Source of the DNA: Eledone cirrhosa
Taxonomy: Eukaryota
Length of the DNA stretch: 64,000 bases
Assembly (NCBI GenBank): GCA_964016885.1
Contig: OZ024745.1
Coordinates: forward strand, 69,750,001 to 69,814,000
Reading direction: 5' to 3'
Position 1 is the first letter of the stretch; each line of letters starts with the position of its first letter. Positions 1 to 11,944 of the stretch are shown here, in pieces. The notes under the pieces are model-generated. The model was given only the letters and a program-made list of their open reading frames with translations, did not search any database and had not been told where the DNA came from. The position numbers were made by a program, and so were the translations under genes.

Positions 1-241
1 TTTTTATCATTGATTCTGTACAAAGTGGCAATCAAGAGATAATTAATTCTGAACTTCTACGTCAATGATTTAACTGAAAAAGCAATCAAAATTAAAGGAT
101 TTTTTGTTTTGATTTTGTGAGGTGGGAGAATTTCTTCTATCTATTTATAAAGTTTTAACTTAAACAACAAAAATTATCTCGCCTTGATTGACGTAGTTCC
201 CTTGCATTAAATCCCACGCTACTCCACACACACACACACAC

Positions 242-294
<53 letters not shown>

Positions 295-2758
295 TGTGTG
301 CGAGTGTGTGTGTACGTGTGCATAATTACATATATATATATATATATGTGCAAATAACATATGCTCAAACATACAGATACTCATTTATTATGCCTATTGA
401 ATCATACATACATATGCAGACGTACTACTATCTATCTATTGTATCCCTGCCTCTCTATACATAAATGCACACAGACAAACAAATACACAAAAACGCTCAC
501 ACACACATATGTATATATATATATATATATATACATACTTACATACATTAAGATATTCATTAAACACTAACATATTGATCATACTCACATATGTATAAAT
601 TTCCAAATCTATATATTTTCCTGTGCAGGGAAAAGGTAATGAATATCTTGAATCTATTTCCGACACTAAATCTTCTAAGTAATTATCTAAATCTGCTCAA
701 CAACCACGAGAAATTATGCAACTGTCGAGCATCTAAACCCGTATGCAATATATTACTATTACTGCAATGGACGTACTAGTATGAGTATTGTTAACGATTG
801 ACTTAGTAGCTAATTTTAATATATATTAATTTGTGCACAAACCAGTCCACGTATGCAATAACCTTTTGTCAATCAATATGCAATGAGTCTACGTAATGTT
901 ATGTATATTTTGATGACATGTGGTTCGTGATCTTCCGCGTCTTATCCTTTCACTTGATATTCTTCAGCTCGATGCTGATGAGCTGGAAGTACGTCGCCTA
1001 GTGGTTATGATGATGGATGTGCGATAATAAGATAATGAATTAGATTCCTAAACCTGGCAGAGCCTTTTGTTCTTCGGCAAAATGATTCCTTTCAGGCTGC
1101 ATTTAATGAATAGGTCTTGAGCTACTATTATTAAAACACTCGAGAATCTGCTTGAGATATATCCACGTAGAAAGCTCGCTAAATCTACAAGGTTTTGAGG
1201 TTTAGCGACATCAACAACAACCAATAATACGATGTGGCTGAGGACCCAGTCACTAAAACACCCGACAGCCCTCGCAGAAAGAGTCGGCTGTTTCTGACTA
1301 GGTGTAAAATGTAAAGTTAATCGTTACATTGCTTTTCTTTACATGCCCTTTATCTGGGTCTTGCTAGACATGATCAGTCAATTGTGTTCTCATACACGTA
1401 TAGCAGATATAGTCACTCGTAAATCATGCTCCAGGCTAAACTGTACAATTACTCCGATTCCACATCAATCATAAATCTAGTTTCACATCAACATACGTAA
1501 CATAAGCTATACTAATTCCCCATTTCCCTAATAACCAATGAAGGAGCATTTACACGCTTACCCGAGTTGCAGCCAAATCTCAGGTTACAAGGCTGGAGAG
1601 GAATACCTGATTTAACAGTGATTCTCCTCTCTACGCACACAAATACAGAATTATCACGGTCTGCTGGACGCAGTTATGCTGGGCTATCGCTTACCTTAGG
1701 CTAGAGAATTCTAACAAAAACGATATAAACAACAATATCAAACAACAAGTAAAAAGGATCAACAACTATAATTTCATCAGGAATAAATATTTCTTCAATC
1801 ACAAAAGAAAAACAAGTACAACTAATCATTATTCTCAGAAAGCGCAATATACCACTCAAAAAACTAAAATACAAGATATTACCTATCTACAATATTCCGA
1901 ACATAAATATAATGCACGATAAATAAAATTAAATAACAATGTAATACAGGTAGAGCATTCAGAGTCACGAAGTGGTACATACATTACGCGTAATATAGAT
2001 AGATTGTGGATTAGGCTAGGACTTCAGGATCTACATTAAACCACAAAAAATACGACAAAATAACTCAATTCAGCAAAATGTGTACATAGATTCCAAATAC
2101 AACGAAATGAACATATTTAAAGTGGAAGATCATTTAGACATATAATACACATTGATTGTTGCAGCAACAAGCAGTATTTCTATGTAAATACATGAGTACT
2201 TAATATTTAAAATAAATTGCCGTGTGTGCAATAACTTAGAATAATACAAAACATATTCAGAAAAATATTATATTTCTTATATTGTCATAAAAACCTGTTA
2301 GAAAACCAATAATAACCAGTTTGGATAGACTCGTTAACTCAGACATGGTGTCGGGGTGTTCATTAACAATGAGTGCAGATTAGAACAACTGTTTTAGTGT
2401 GTATTGTGTTTACCATGTCAAGCTATATTAGAAGTATACACAGGCGTACAGCAATATATTAGACAATGGAGACAGTACAACATATCCAAATTGATATATT
2501 ATACCCACAGAATTGTTGTCAATGATTCGCTGACATCAAAAATGTTTCGTTAATCTTTAAATAAACTTTAATAAAATTAACATGCCTTTTATTCGGTTCA
2601 TAATTCGAATCACAATTTTTTAATTAGAGCTGACCATGTTGGACTAATTAAGTAAGTCCTCACACGATTCCAGCATGCAGCAAAGAATCTCGAAGTTTAG
2701 TGGTCATTTGATTGGTGACATTGCTTGATATACCACCGCATTATGAGTAACAATAAAG

Positions 2759-2945
2759 GGCGGTGAAATGGCAGTATCGGTAGAGGGTTGGACGCCATGC
2801 TTTCTAGCATAGTTACGTCCCTTTACAGTCTGAGTTAAAATCCCGCCGAGGTTAACTTTGCCTTTCATCCTTACGGGGTCGATAAAATAAAGTACCAATA
2901 ATGTACTGGGTTATTGCTGGCTTTGTGCCGAAAGTAGAAACAATT
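2759..2945 (+). mobile_element. tRNA-derived SINE with Nin-like core (octopus-type)
   Basis: A-box-like TGGCAGTATCGG, B-box-like GAGTTAAAATCC, then GCCTTTCATCCTTACGGGGTCGATAAAATAAAGTACCA, a core repeated many times in this window. Confidence 0.7.
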
Positions 2946-3243
2946 ATGAGTAACAATAACGCATTTGGATTTTGTAATCTTGTGCGGTACCAACCTGTGA
3001 TCAGATGTCCTTCTTTACTTTTCATTATCATAATTACCGTTGATAAGTTACAAATATATTCTTTACTTTAAAAGATTAAGTTTATCCTGCCCACATTACT
3101 AGTAATTCTCTCCTTGCTAGATACGTTATTTTGTCAGATTTTGGCCATTAAACCTTTTACGCTTTAAAATGGTACAAGCTCTCTTCATGATAGTGAGGAT
3201 GCACATCACATATCCGAAATTGGATTGCTAAATCTTTGAGTTA

Positions 3244-3400
3244 AGTGGCAAATTGACAGAGTCGTTAGAACGTCGGGTAGAATACTTTATGGTGTAGGTT
3301 CCGGCTCTCTGCGCGCGGATCTCAAATCCCGCCGATGTCAACTCTGCCGTTGATCCTCTCGAGGTCTATAAAAAAGAACTAGTCTAGCACTGGGGTCGAT
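3244..3400 (+). mobile_element. Degenerate Nin-like SINE copy
   Basis: TGACAGAGTCGTTAG...CTCAAATCCCGCCGATGTCAACTCTGCCGTTGATCCTCTCGAGGTCTATAAA...CACTGGGGTCGAT resembles the 2759 copy. Confidence 0.55.
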
Positions 3401-3428
3401 TCTTCCTCTATATCTCTTTTTCATTTCG

Positions 3429-3515
<87 letters not shown>

Positions 3516-3545
3516 ATCTCTCTCTCTCACTCTCTCTCTCTCACT
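3429..3545. repeat. (CT)n microsatellite
   Basis: Direct reading. Confidence 0.95.
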
Positions 3546-4997
3546 TTCTAGTGTTCTCTGGACGAAATCGGCTGTATTCTGGCCTGGAGAGAGATGGGCT
3601 CACCCAGGCTTAAAATACTCAAGAAACGCCGTATGTCAATACGGCACCCCTACGACACTATCAGGAGTTACAGTACCATACCTTCTATGAAACATTGAAT
3701 AACTGGATATATTTGCCTTCAGATCGTTTACATAGAAAAGGAAGGATTTAAGCACACGCGTGTGTTTGTGGTTAGGGAGTTCAATTCGACACCATGCTGT
3801 TTGGGATTCGTTGTTATGAAATATTGGGCTCAATGTTACTGCAAGGTATCTCAGGTAAGTGTGTTGTACCACAATCTCATAACGACTGAACCCGAGTGTG
3901 AGTGAAATTGGGGGACAGGTGTGTGGAAGCCTGTTCGATTGACCATACTTCAATCAAAAAGTTCTATTTTGCGACGCACAATTTTACACCTATATTTTGC
4001 GACGCACAATGTTACACCTATTATGTTTAGGAATTATGTGAAAGGTACACGTGTAGATGGGATATTAAACTACCTACCTAAAAGCACAAGTTGCACTGTA
4101 AATGAAAATAAAAAAAACATACTTGTAACAGACTGGATTCTGAATTCCGTTAAAGGAACCCATGTCTGTGGAATATTCAAATATTTAGACATGTGTTGGA
4201 TGTTCCTTTGGTTAAAATTCCGGATCTTCCTCATAGAAAAACAGAAACGACGTATGATGCATCACTTTGGAATAGATTGGTAGTTTTTGAAAACTTAATA
4301 CCAAAGGAATTGTAAAATAAAAGCCTGATATGACATAATTTACTATATTAATATGTTATATGCCAGTAATCCTGATCCATACACTGTTTCCAATTACATG
4401 TATAACATTACTTCAATAATCAACTATTCAACATGGAAAAAATCATTCATGTGAATAAAGCATCTAATACAAAAAATAGAGTCGAATTTTCTGCTCGGAT
4501 CGATCTCTTTCAGTAAATATTGGAAGGAGCTTAGAGCCCTTGATGGTAAACAATCGTTTCAGATGAAAAGACTTGTTCGAATCCAATAAAGCGTGATGGA
4601 AATTGTGTGAGCATTTGGCAATTACGCCAATCAAATTAAAAAGAGAGCTTAATTGTAAATGTCAGTTTGGAGCAGGGAGAGACAATTTGTAAGAAAGGTA
4701 ACCAGCTGTGGTTAATCGCTCCACTGCACATTACTTTTTCCCGTTATTTTCGTTAATTAAGATTCTATTTTATTCAGGATCTCTAAATGTGGTTTTACTT
4801 TGACAAATCATGTTTCTATATCGTATGGAAATTAGTAAAGTATTTTCTCTCGGTGCTTTTATTTGAATTAATGCAAATATGAAGAGAAGAGAAAAGCAGT
4901 TCGTTAGATCGGATCTAGGAAACAATTTCCATTGGTCTTCCACTGTTGTTATTATCCGATAATCGCAACCCCTGTCAGGAAATGCAACACGTAATAA

Positions 4998-5036
<39 letters not shown>

Positions 5037-5248
5037 AGCACAATAACCACAAACACATATAAACACACTCTAGGAAACTAAGATAGAATACAATAATCAA
5101 ACAACAGTCACCCAAACGCGAACACACACACCAAACACTATACACACACGCAAATGCATGCGCAGAGAAGAAGACAAAAAAATAAATAAATAAACAGATA
5201 AAAAAATAAAAATGGCGTAGACATACAATACAACAGGAGGAAACATAA

Positions 5249-5299
5249 TAGTACCACTGATGATGTTGCAGATGTGCAACGAAAGAATTTGTTAGACTA
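5249..5299 (+). ncRNA. Degenerate minimal type I hammerhead ribozyme (extra base after A9)
   Basis: CTGATGA-T-GTTGCA gatg TGCAAC-GAAA-GAATT; stems I and III imperfect; same layout as 42545-42587. Confidence 0.45.
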
Positions 5300-6462
5300 T
5301 ATATATATATTTATATCTGTATTTTTTACCATTGGTCAGTCAATGATAAACATTGAGAACCAAATGAATTAACTGTGGAGATATAAAAGATACAGAAGCG
5401 AAAACCAACGAAACAGTGAGTGTCTTCTGTTATTATTTCTGGCAATATTATTACAACAATAACCCTCCCCAAGTGTAACAATATATATATGAGAGAGAGA
5501 GAGTTTAAATTTGCTTGAAGTAGTGAGGAATATGAAAAATTGCAGTTTTGGGAATCTCTGCAATGCGGAGGGATAAATCTCCGAGTAACAAAACTAGGTG
5601 GCAGTTGGAAGAAAGGGGATAAAGAGGAAGAAAAATGTAATCTAAAATGAAAACCAAAGATGAAGTTACCTTGGAATAGATTTCTTCGTCCCTATATTTC
5701 GAATTTCACATCCTACATCGGATGATTCTGAAGGAAATTTGCAGGTGTGCCAGAAAGAAATCTACGTGGATGTTTGTTGCTAGTGTCGGCATCAAACTGA
5801 TTGAAATACACCAACAAATATTCCCTATCAGACGCGTGCGCGAGAAATCGGTGCAGTCATTCAGAGGTCGTTAATGTTAGTAGTCGCCACGTTGTGACAT
5901 TGCAGGATTTGCGCACTGGCGCCAGTCTTGTTGTCGCCGTGCATTCTTGTAGTGGCTCTGGTTGATGTGGCAGGTAGGATGGCGAAACGTTGGTGAGAGG
6001 TACAGCATAGCGACATAGCCTGTCTCTCTGTTAATTTGTTTCTTCACGAATAAGCAGATCCTTGGATCGAATAATTGGGATATTCATAGTCGAAACCGAT
6101 GGAGATCCATTCCATATAACCATTTAAATAAATTTCGCTTTGAACGGCCTGCATATATTGATTGATACTGTTAACCATCTAATGAATTTCAATGTCTATG
6201 TGTTTGTGTGCGTGCGCGTGTGTATGTACGTGTGTTTTGTAACAATGGCCTCTATGTTCATTAAATAAACATCGATTTTCTCTTGAACATGAGACAGACT
6301 TTCTTATAATAAAATTAGTGATTTGTTATGTTACATTCCTCTCTTTAACCCTTTCTCAATCTCGAAATCTACCTAACTGTCCTTCGCACTGAGAAGCTGT
6401 CTCATTCTACCACACCTTTTACAGTTTAACCCTATATCTACCTATTTATCTATCTATATCTA

Positions 6463-6567
<105 letters not shown>

Positions 6568-7599
6568 ACTTACACATTTTCTCTATTACTCAACATCACT
6601 TCCCTATATGTCCCTCTCTATTTATATATCCATCTATCTGCCACTCCCATCTTCTCTATCTCAGTCGCCAACAATCAACCATGCTGCATTGATGTTTATA
6701 AACAATTCGGTTTAAATATTTAATATTTAACCATTCATTCACATTTTATTTTCATCGGAGTCTGGTATTTATAAAATTGATGATATATTTGTTGTAAATG
6801 TAAGAAATTCATTTTTCATTAATCAGTTTTGACACTTGAATATTTGTGTTAATCAGAACTATTCTCATCACATGAATTAAAAATATAATTTTATTGCTTT
6901 CCTCATTACAATCACAAAGTTACATCAACAATTACAAAATCTCCAGTAAATACCCGATGACGTGATATGTTCATCGAACATCCATATATAAACCAAGGCC
7001 TACTACCTCACTGGTTGAGCTCCACCACTTTCTATCGTGGGCCTTGCAGGGATATGAAGGACCGAAGTATCCCCGTGCTATATTGACTTTGGCCACCTTT
7101 TATTTCTTCTCCACTGCGTTACTGTCCACTCTGTTACTCTAATAATCTACCTGTTGTGTCTGAAACCACAGGCGTGCCTAGCCCATCTATGTTTGCCGCT
7201 TGATAAAGGGCTTGATTATGTCTTTCATTTCAGTCTGCTATCGAATCCATGTGTTGCTTTTTCTGTCAATATCATTTAATGCAGGGTACCCCTGAAGTTT
7301 TCGAAGAGCGTAGTGAGTGGATCGACAAATCTAACATTAAATATCTAACATTATCATACGAAATGAAAATACATAATACAATACAATAAAATACAGTTTG
7401 CTCCTACAGATTTCTAATTTATATATAAATAATTAGTATACACTGTTTATTATATAATGTGTGTTATATGTTCATAAAATATCTAGTGTCATTTATTGCT
7501 GTGGTCCCTAAAAACCACGCAGTTGGTCGGATGAAGGTTTAATGCCAAATAACTGGCATTCATGCAATGCATGATACATGCAATATGCAAAATAATGGT

Positions 7600-7785
7600 T
7601 TCCAATTTAGGAACAAGACCAGAAATATGAGAAGAGGGGTTAATCGATCCCTTGTATCTGACAGTACTTTACTTTATTGATATCTGAAGGATGTTATACT
7701 GGACCTGATTCAGAACTAGAACGTTTAGTAGTCATATTAAATACCCTCAGTCATTTTGGTGGTCCCTCTTTCAAAGCCGCCAACA
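7600..7785 (-). mobile_element. Degenerate Nin-like SINE
   Basis: Reverse-complement similarity to the SINE core and tail (TAATCGATCCC...GTACTTTTACTTTATTGA...GAAGGATG). Confidence 0.4.
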
Positions 7786-9404
7786 CACAGAAAACACCCC
7801 ACTAAAATATACCTTGCTTATACAGATTTTGATTTTATACAGTTAATCATTATTATCTATTTATTATATATTCTGTTTAAGGGCTCATTTATATATATTT
7901 TTCCAGCAAATATGTGATACAATGATATATTGATCAAACAAATTCAATACCTCTTAATGCGAGGGGTTCCCAATATGATAGATATCGACCAATACCTTTT
8001 TATGGGACTACACAGGAGGTCTAGGGAACTTTTAGATCGATGTAAGAAATTAGCCAGAGCAAACACCTCAATACATCCAGTCTGATTTTTTAACAATTCT
8101 ATATGTCCACCACTTGTCACTGTTACTTTAATTATTGACTTGTAATTTTGAAATAACAAGATGATATAAGCGGCATTGAACTCAGAGCGTAAGGATCCGG
8201 AAACTGATTCATCCGATACCCAATGCAAGTTATAGTAAGTATCGAACTACAGGTTCTGGAGTAAGAATAACATTTAGATGACACTAGCCGATGTATCAGC
8301 ACATGACATATCATAGCTTGTTAGAAATGGAAGTTTTTAACTGAACTGTAGTAACGTTATCACTAAGTACTTTGTATGGTTAAGATCATTAAAATATTTG
8401 CCATAAAGGCTTGTCGATTAGTTCTTGTTTCGGCATTTGTTGATGGAATATTGCTTTGAGCAAATTATAATTTAAGATCATTAAATTGCAATTTACATTA
8501 CTGATTGCACATTTAATTTCCCTGAAAGCTTGTTATTTGCATCTTCAGTGGTTTCCATAATTTCTTCTATTATGAAAATATAGCGCCTCTAATTTCAGAA
8601 ACTAATGGCAAGGTTTAATCAATCTACTATGCAAATAAAATCTCAGCAAAGTCTGCATATTACTAGACGAGATGGAACCAAATTATTACATGCATTCATT
8701 CTCAAATTTGTAATCGATACACTTTTACGATTTTTATTTCGAACAGTGTCACACAATAAAATATTTAGCTGTGATCAGCATTTATTACCCATTATTTCAG
8801 GTATTCAATCAGTTACAAACAATGATTTGGGGAACCCATTTTCTAAAGTATATACAACAACAACACTGACAACAGATAAAACAACAACAGCAAATACAAT
8901 GGTTTTAAGGTAATTTTACCCTGCCAAGCAGAAGGTTACTCTTACTGCTACCATGGCAGGCGTTTCCATTCTCCACTATCCTCCGCCTCTTTCATCTGTA
9001 TCATTCTTCTTCGAATGCCTGCTTTTCAGTTCCTCCTCCGTCACCCACAGCGAGGTGTTTCTTCGTGTTCTATTTTTCTACTACCTGTCACCATTATTTT
9101 CATCATTCCTTCTGCCCTATCATTTTTACTTTCTTTCAGCTAATAAATCCACCACGGAATTCCCTTTTTCCTCACTACGTTCATCACTGGTGTTCTTCCG
9201 ACCACATAGTAACTTTCATGTTTTCTCAACACATGACCCAAACATCTCAGTTTATTTCGCATTATAATATTCACCATTAGGCATGTTTCCACCAACCACT
9301 ACAACTTAATGTTTATCTTCTCTCTTGTGAGCAATACTCCACTCATCCATGTAAACCATGTGAGTAGTTTAAATATTTAAATGAGGATACAAATATTTGA
9401 TATT

Positions 9405-9439
<35 letters not shown>

Positions 9440-9671
9440 GGTTTGATTTCCACCTACTTACAATATGTTTGTTTAAATATTGTTTTATCTAAAGGCGCTG
9501 AATTGTGAGAGCTATATTAAATGACTCTGTATCTGTACCAGCTCACAACGAAAATGTGATAAGGTGTTTATCGGGAGTTCCGAGGCGCAACATGAATTTA
9601 TTGATCCGAGATAAGGAACTTCTTTCCTAAGAGACACGGACAAGCATTACATATATTTACATACATAGATA

Positions 9672-9673
9672 TA

Positions 9674-9765
<92 letters not shown>

Positions 9766-9915
9766 TATACATATATATATATACATATATATATATATAC
9801 ATATATATATACATATATAATACATATATATACATATGTATATATACATATATATACATATATATATATAAACGGAAAAAATGAAACGATATTTCATACA
9901 TATACATACTTTTAC

Positions 9916-9968
<53 letters not shown>

Positions 9969-9992
9969 CATATATATATACATATATATACA

Positions 9993-10076
<84 letters not shown>
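9672..10076. repeat. (TA)n/(TACA) microsatellite, left flank of the 474-bp array
   Basis: Direct reading. Confidence 0.95.
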
Positions 10077-10077
<1 letters not shown>

Positions 10078-10382
10078 TGAAACAAAATGAAAACGAAATT
10101 TCATTTCTCACTCTTAGTATGGCACTTACTTAAATGTAAGTATGCATGTATACGTACATACATATATGTATACAGACGTACAGTAGCATGCACATATATA
10201 TATATATATATACATATATACATACATATGCATACAGGTACACATACATATATGCACGTATCAGTTTAGCGGCGCTTATTATAACGTCGCTTTGTTCGTT
10301 TGTAAACAAACTGAACAGCCTGAATTTATGCCATACGGTGTTAAGGCAACCACGTCACCTTTTTGTTCAACACTGACACAGG

Positions 10383-10427
10383 AACGATGTACTAGTTTCA
10401 AGCTTGTTAGCTATCATCAGCACCGTT
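10383..10427 (-). ncRNA. Minimal type I hammerhead ribozyme (also 10857-10901 and 11331-11375)
   Basis: Reverse complement of AACGGTG-CTGATGA-TAGCTAACAAGCTT-GAAA-CTAG-TA-CATCGTT. Confidence 0.85.
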
Positions 10428-11899
10428 TACCCATCTGCCAGATAGTTGAACGTTCGAAAGTATATACTTTCCTTATGAAAATTAACGGCTGAGCAGCCTA
10501 ATTTGCATATTGAGTGAGTTAAATCGGTCAGGCATACCGAAAACGATAAATTGAAACAAAATGAAAACGAAATTTCATTTCTCACTCTTAGTATGGCACT
10601 TACTTAAATGTAAGTATGCATGTATACGTACATACATATATGTATACAGACGTACAGTAGCATGCACATATATATATATATATATACATATATACATACA
10701 TATGCATACAGGTACACATACATATATGCACGTATCAGTTTAGCGGCGCTTATTATAACGTCGCTTTGTTCGTTTGTAAACAAACTGAACAGCCTGAATT
10801 TATGCCATACGGTGTTAAGGCAACCACGTCACCTTTTTGTTCAACACTGACACAGGAACGATGTACTAGTTTCAAGCTTGTTAGCTATCATCAGCACCGT
10901 TTACCCATCTGCCAGATAGTTGAACGTTCGAAAGTATATACTTTCCTTATGAAAATTAACGGCTGAGCAGCCTAATTTGCATATTGAGTGAGTTAAATCG
11001 GTCAGGCATACCGAAAACGATAAATTGAAACAAAATGAAAACGAAATTTCATTTCTCACTCTTAGTATGGCACTTACTTAAATGTAAGTATGCATGTATA
11101 CGTACATACATATATGTATACAGACGTACAGTAGCATGCACATATATATATATATATATACATATATACATACATATGCATACAGGTACACATACATATA
11201 TGCACGTATCAGTTTAGCGGCGCTTATTATAACGTCGCTTTGTTCGTTTGTAAACAAACTGAACAGCCTGAATTTATGCCATACGGTGTTAAGGCAACCA
11301 CGTCACCTTTTTGTTCAACACTGACACAGGAACGATGTACTAGTTTCAAGCTTGTTAGCTATCATCAGCACCGTTTACCCATCTGCCAGATAGTTGAACG
11401 TTCGAAAGTATATACTTTCCTTATGAAAATTAACGGCTGAGCAGCCTAATTTGCATATTGAGTGAGTTAAATCGGTCAGGCATACCGAAAAAAGGTGACG
11501 TGGTTGCCTTAACACCGTATGGCATAAATTCAGGCTGTTCAGTTTGTTTACAAACGAACAAAGCGACGTTATAATAAGCGCCGCTAAACTGATACGTGCA
11601 TATATGTATGTGTACCTGTATGCATATGTATGTATATATGTATATATATATATATATATGTGCATGCTACTGTACGTCTGTATACATATATGTATGTACG
11701 TATACATGCATACTTACATTTAAGTAAGTGCCATACTAAGAGTGAGAAATGAAATTTCGTTTTCATTTTGTTTCAATTTATCGTTTTCGGTATGCCTGAC
11801 CGATTTAACTCACTCAATATGCAAATTAGGCTGCTCAGCCGTTAATTTTCATAAGGAAAGTATATACTTTCGAACGTTCAACTATCTGGCAGATGGGTA

Positions 11900-11944
11900 A
11901 ACGGTGCTGATGATAGCTAACAAGCTTGAAACTAGTACATCGTT
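11900..11944 (+). ncRNA. Minimal type I hammerhead ribozyme (also 12374-12418, 12848-12892, 13322-13366, 13796-13840, 14270-14314)
   Basis: Stem I AACGGTG/CATCGTT (7 bp, one G-U); core CTGATGA; stem II AGC/GCT; GAAA; palindromic stem III ACTAGT; GUA triplet with predicted cut after 11937. Confidence 0.85.

Noticed and set aside
970-1000. CTGATGAG motif
   Set aside because: No stem II/GAAA/stem III arrangement
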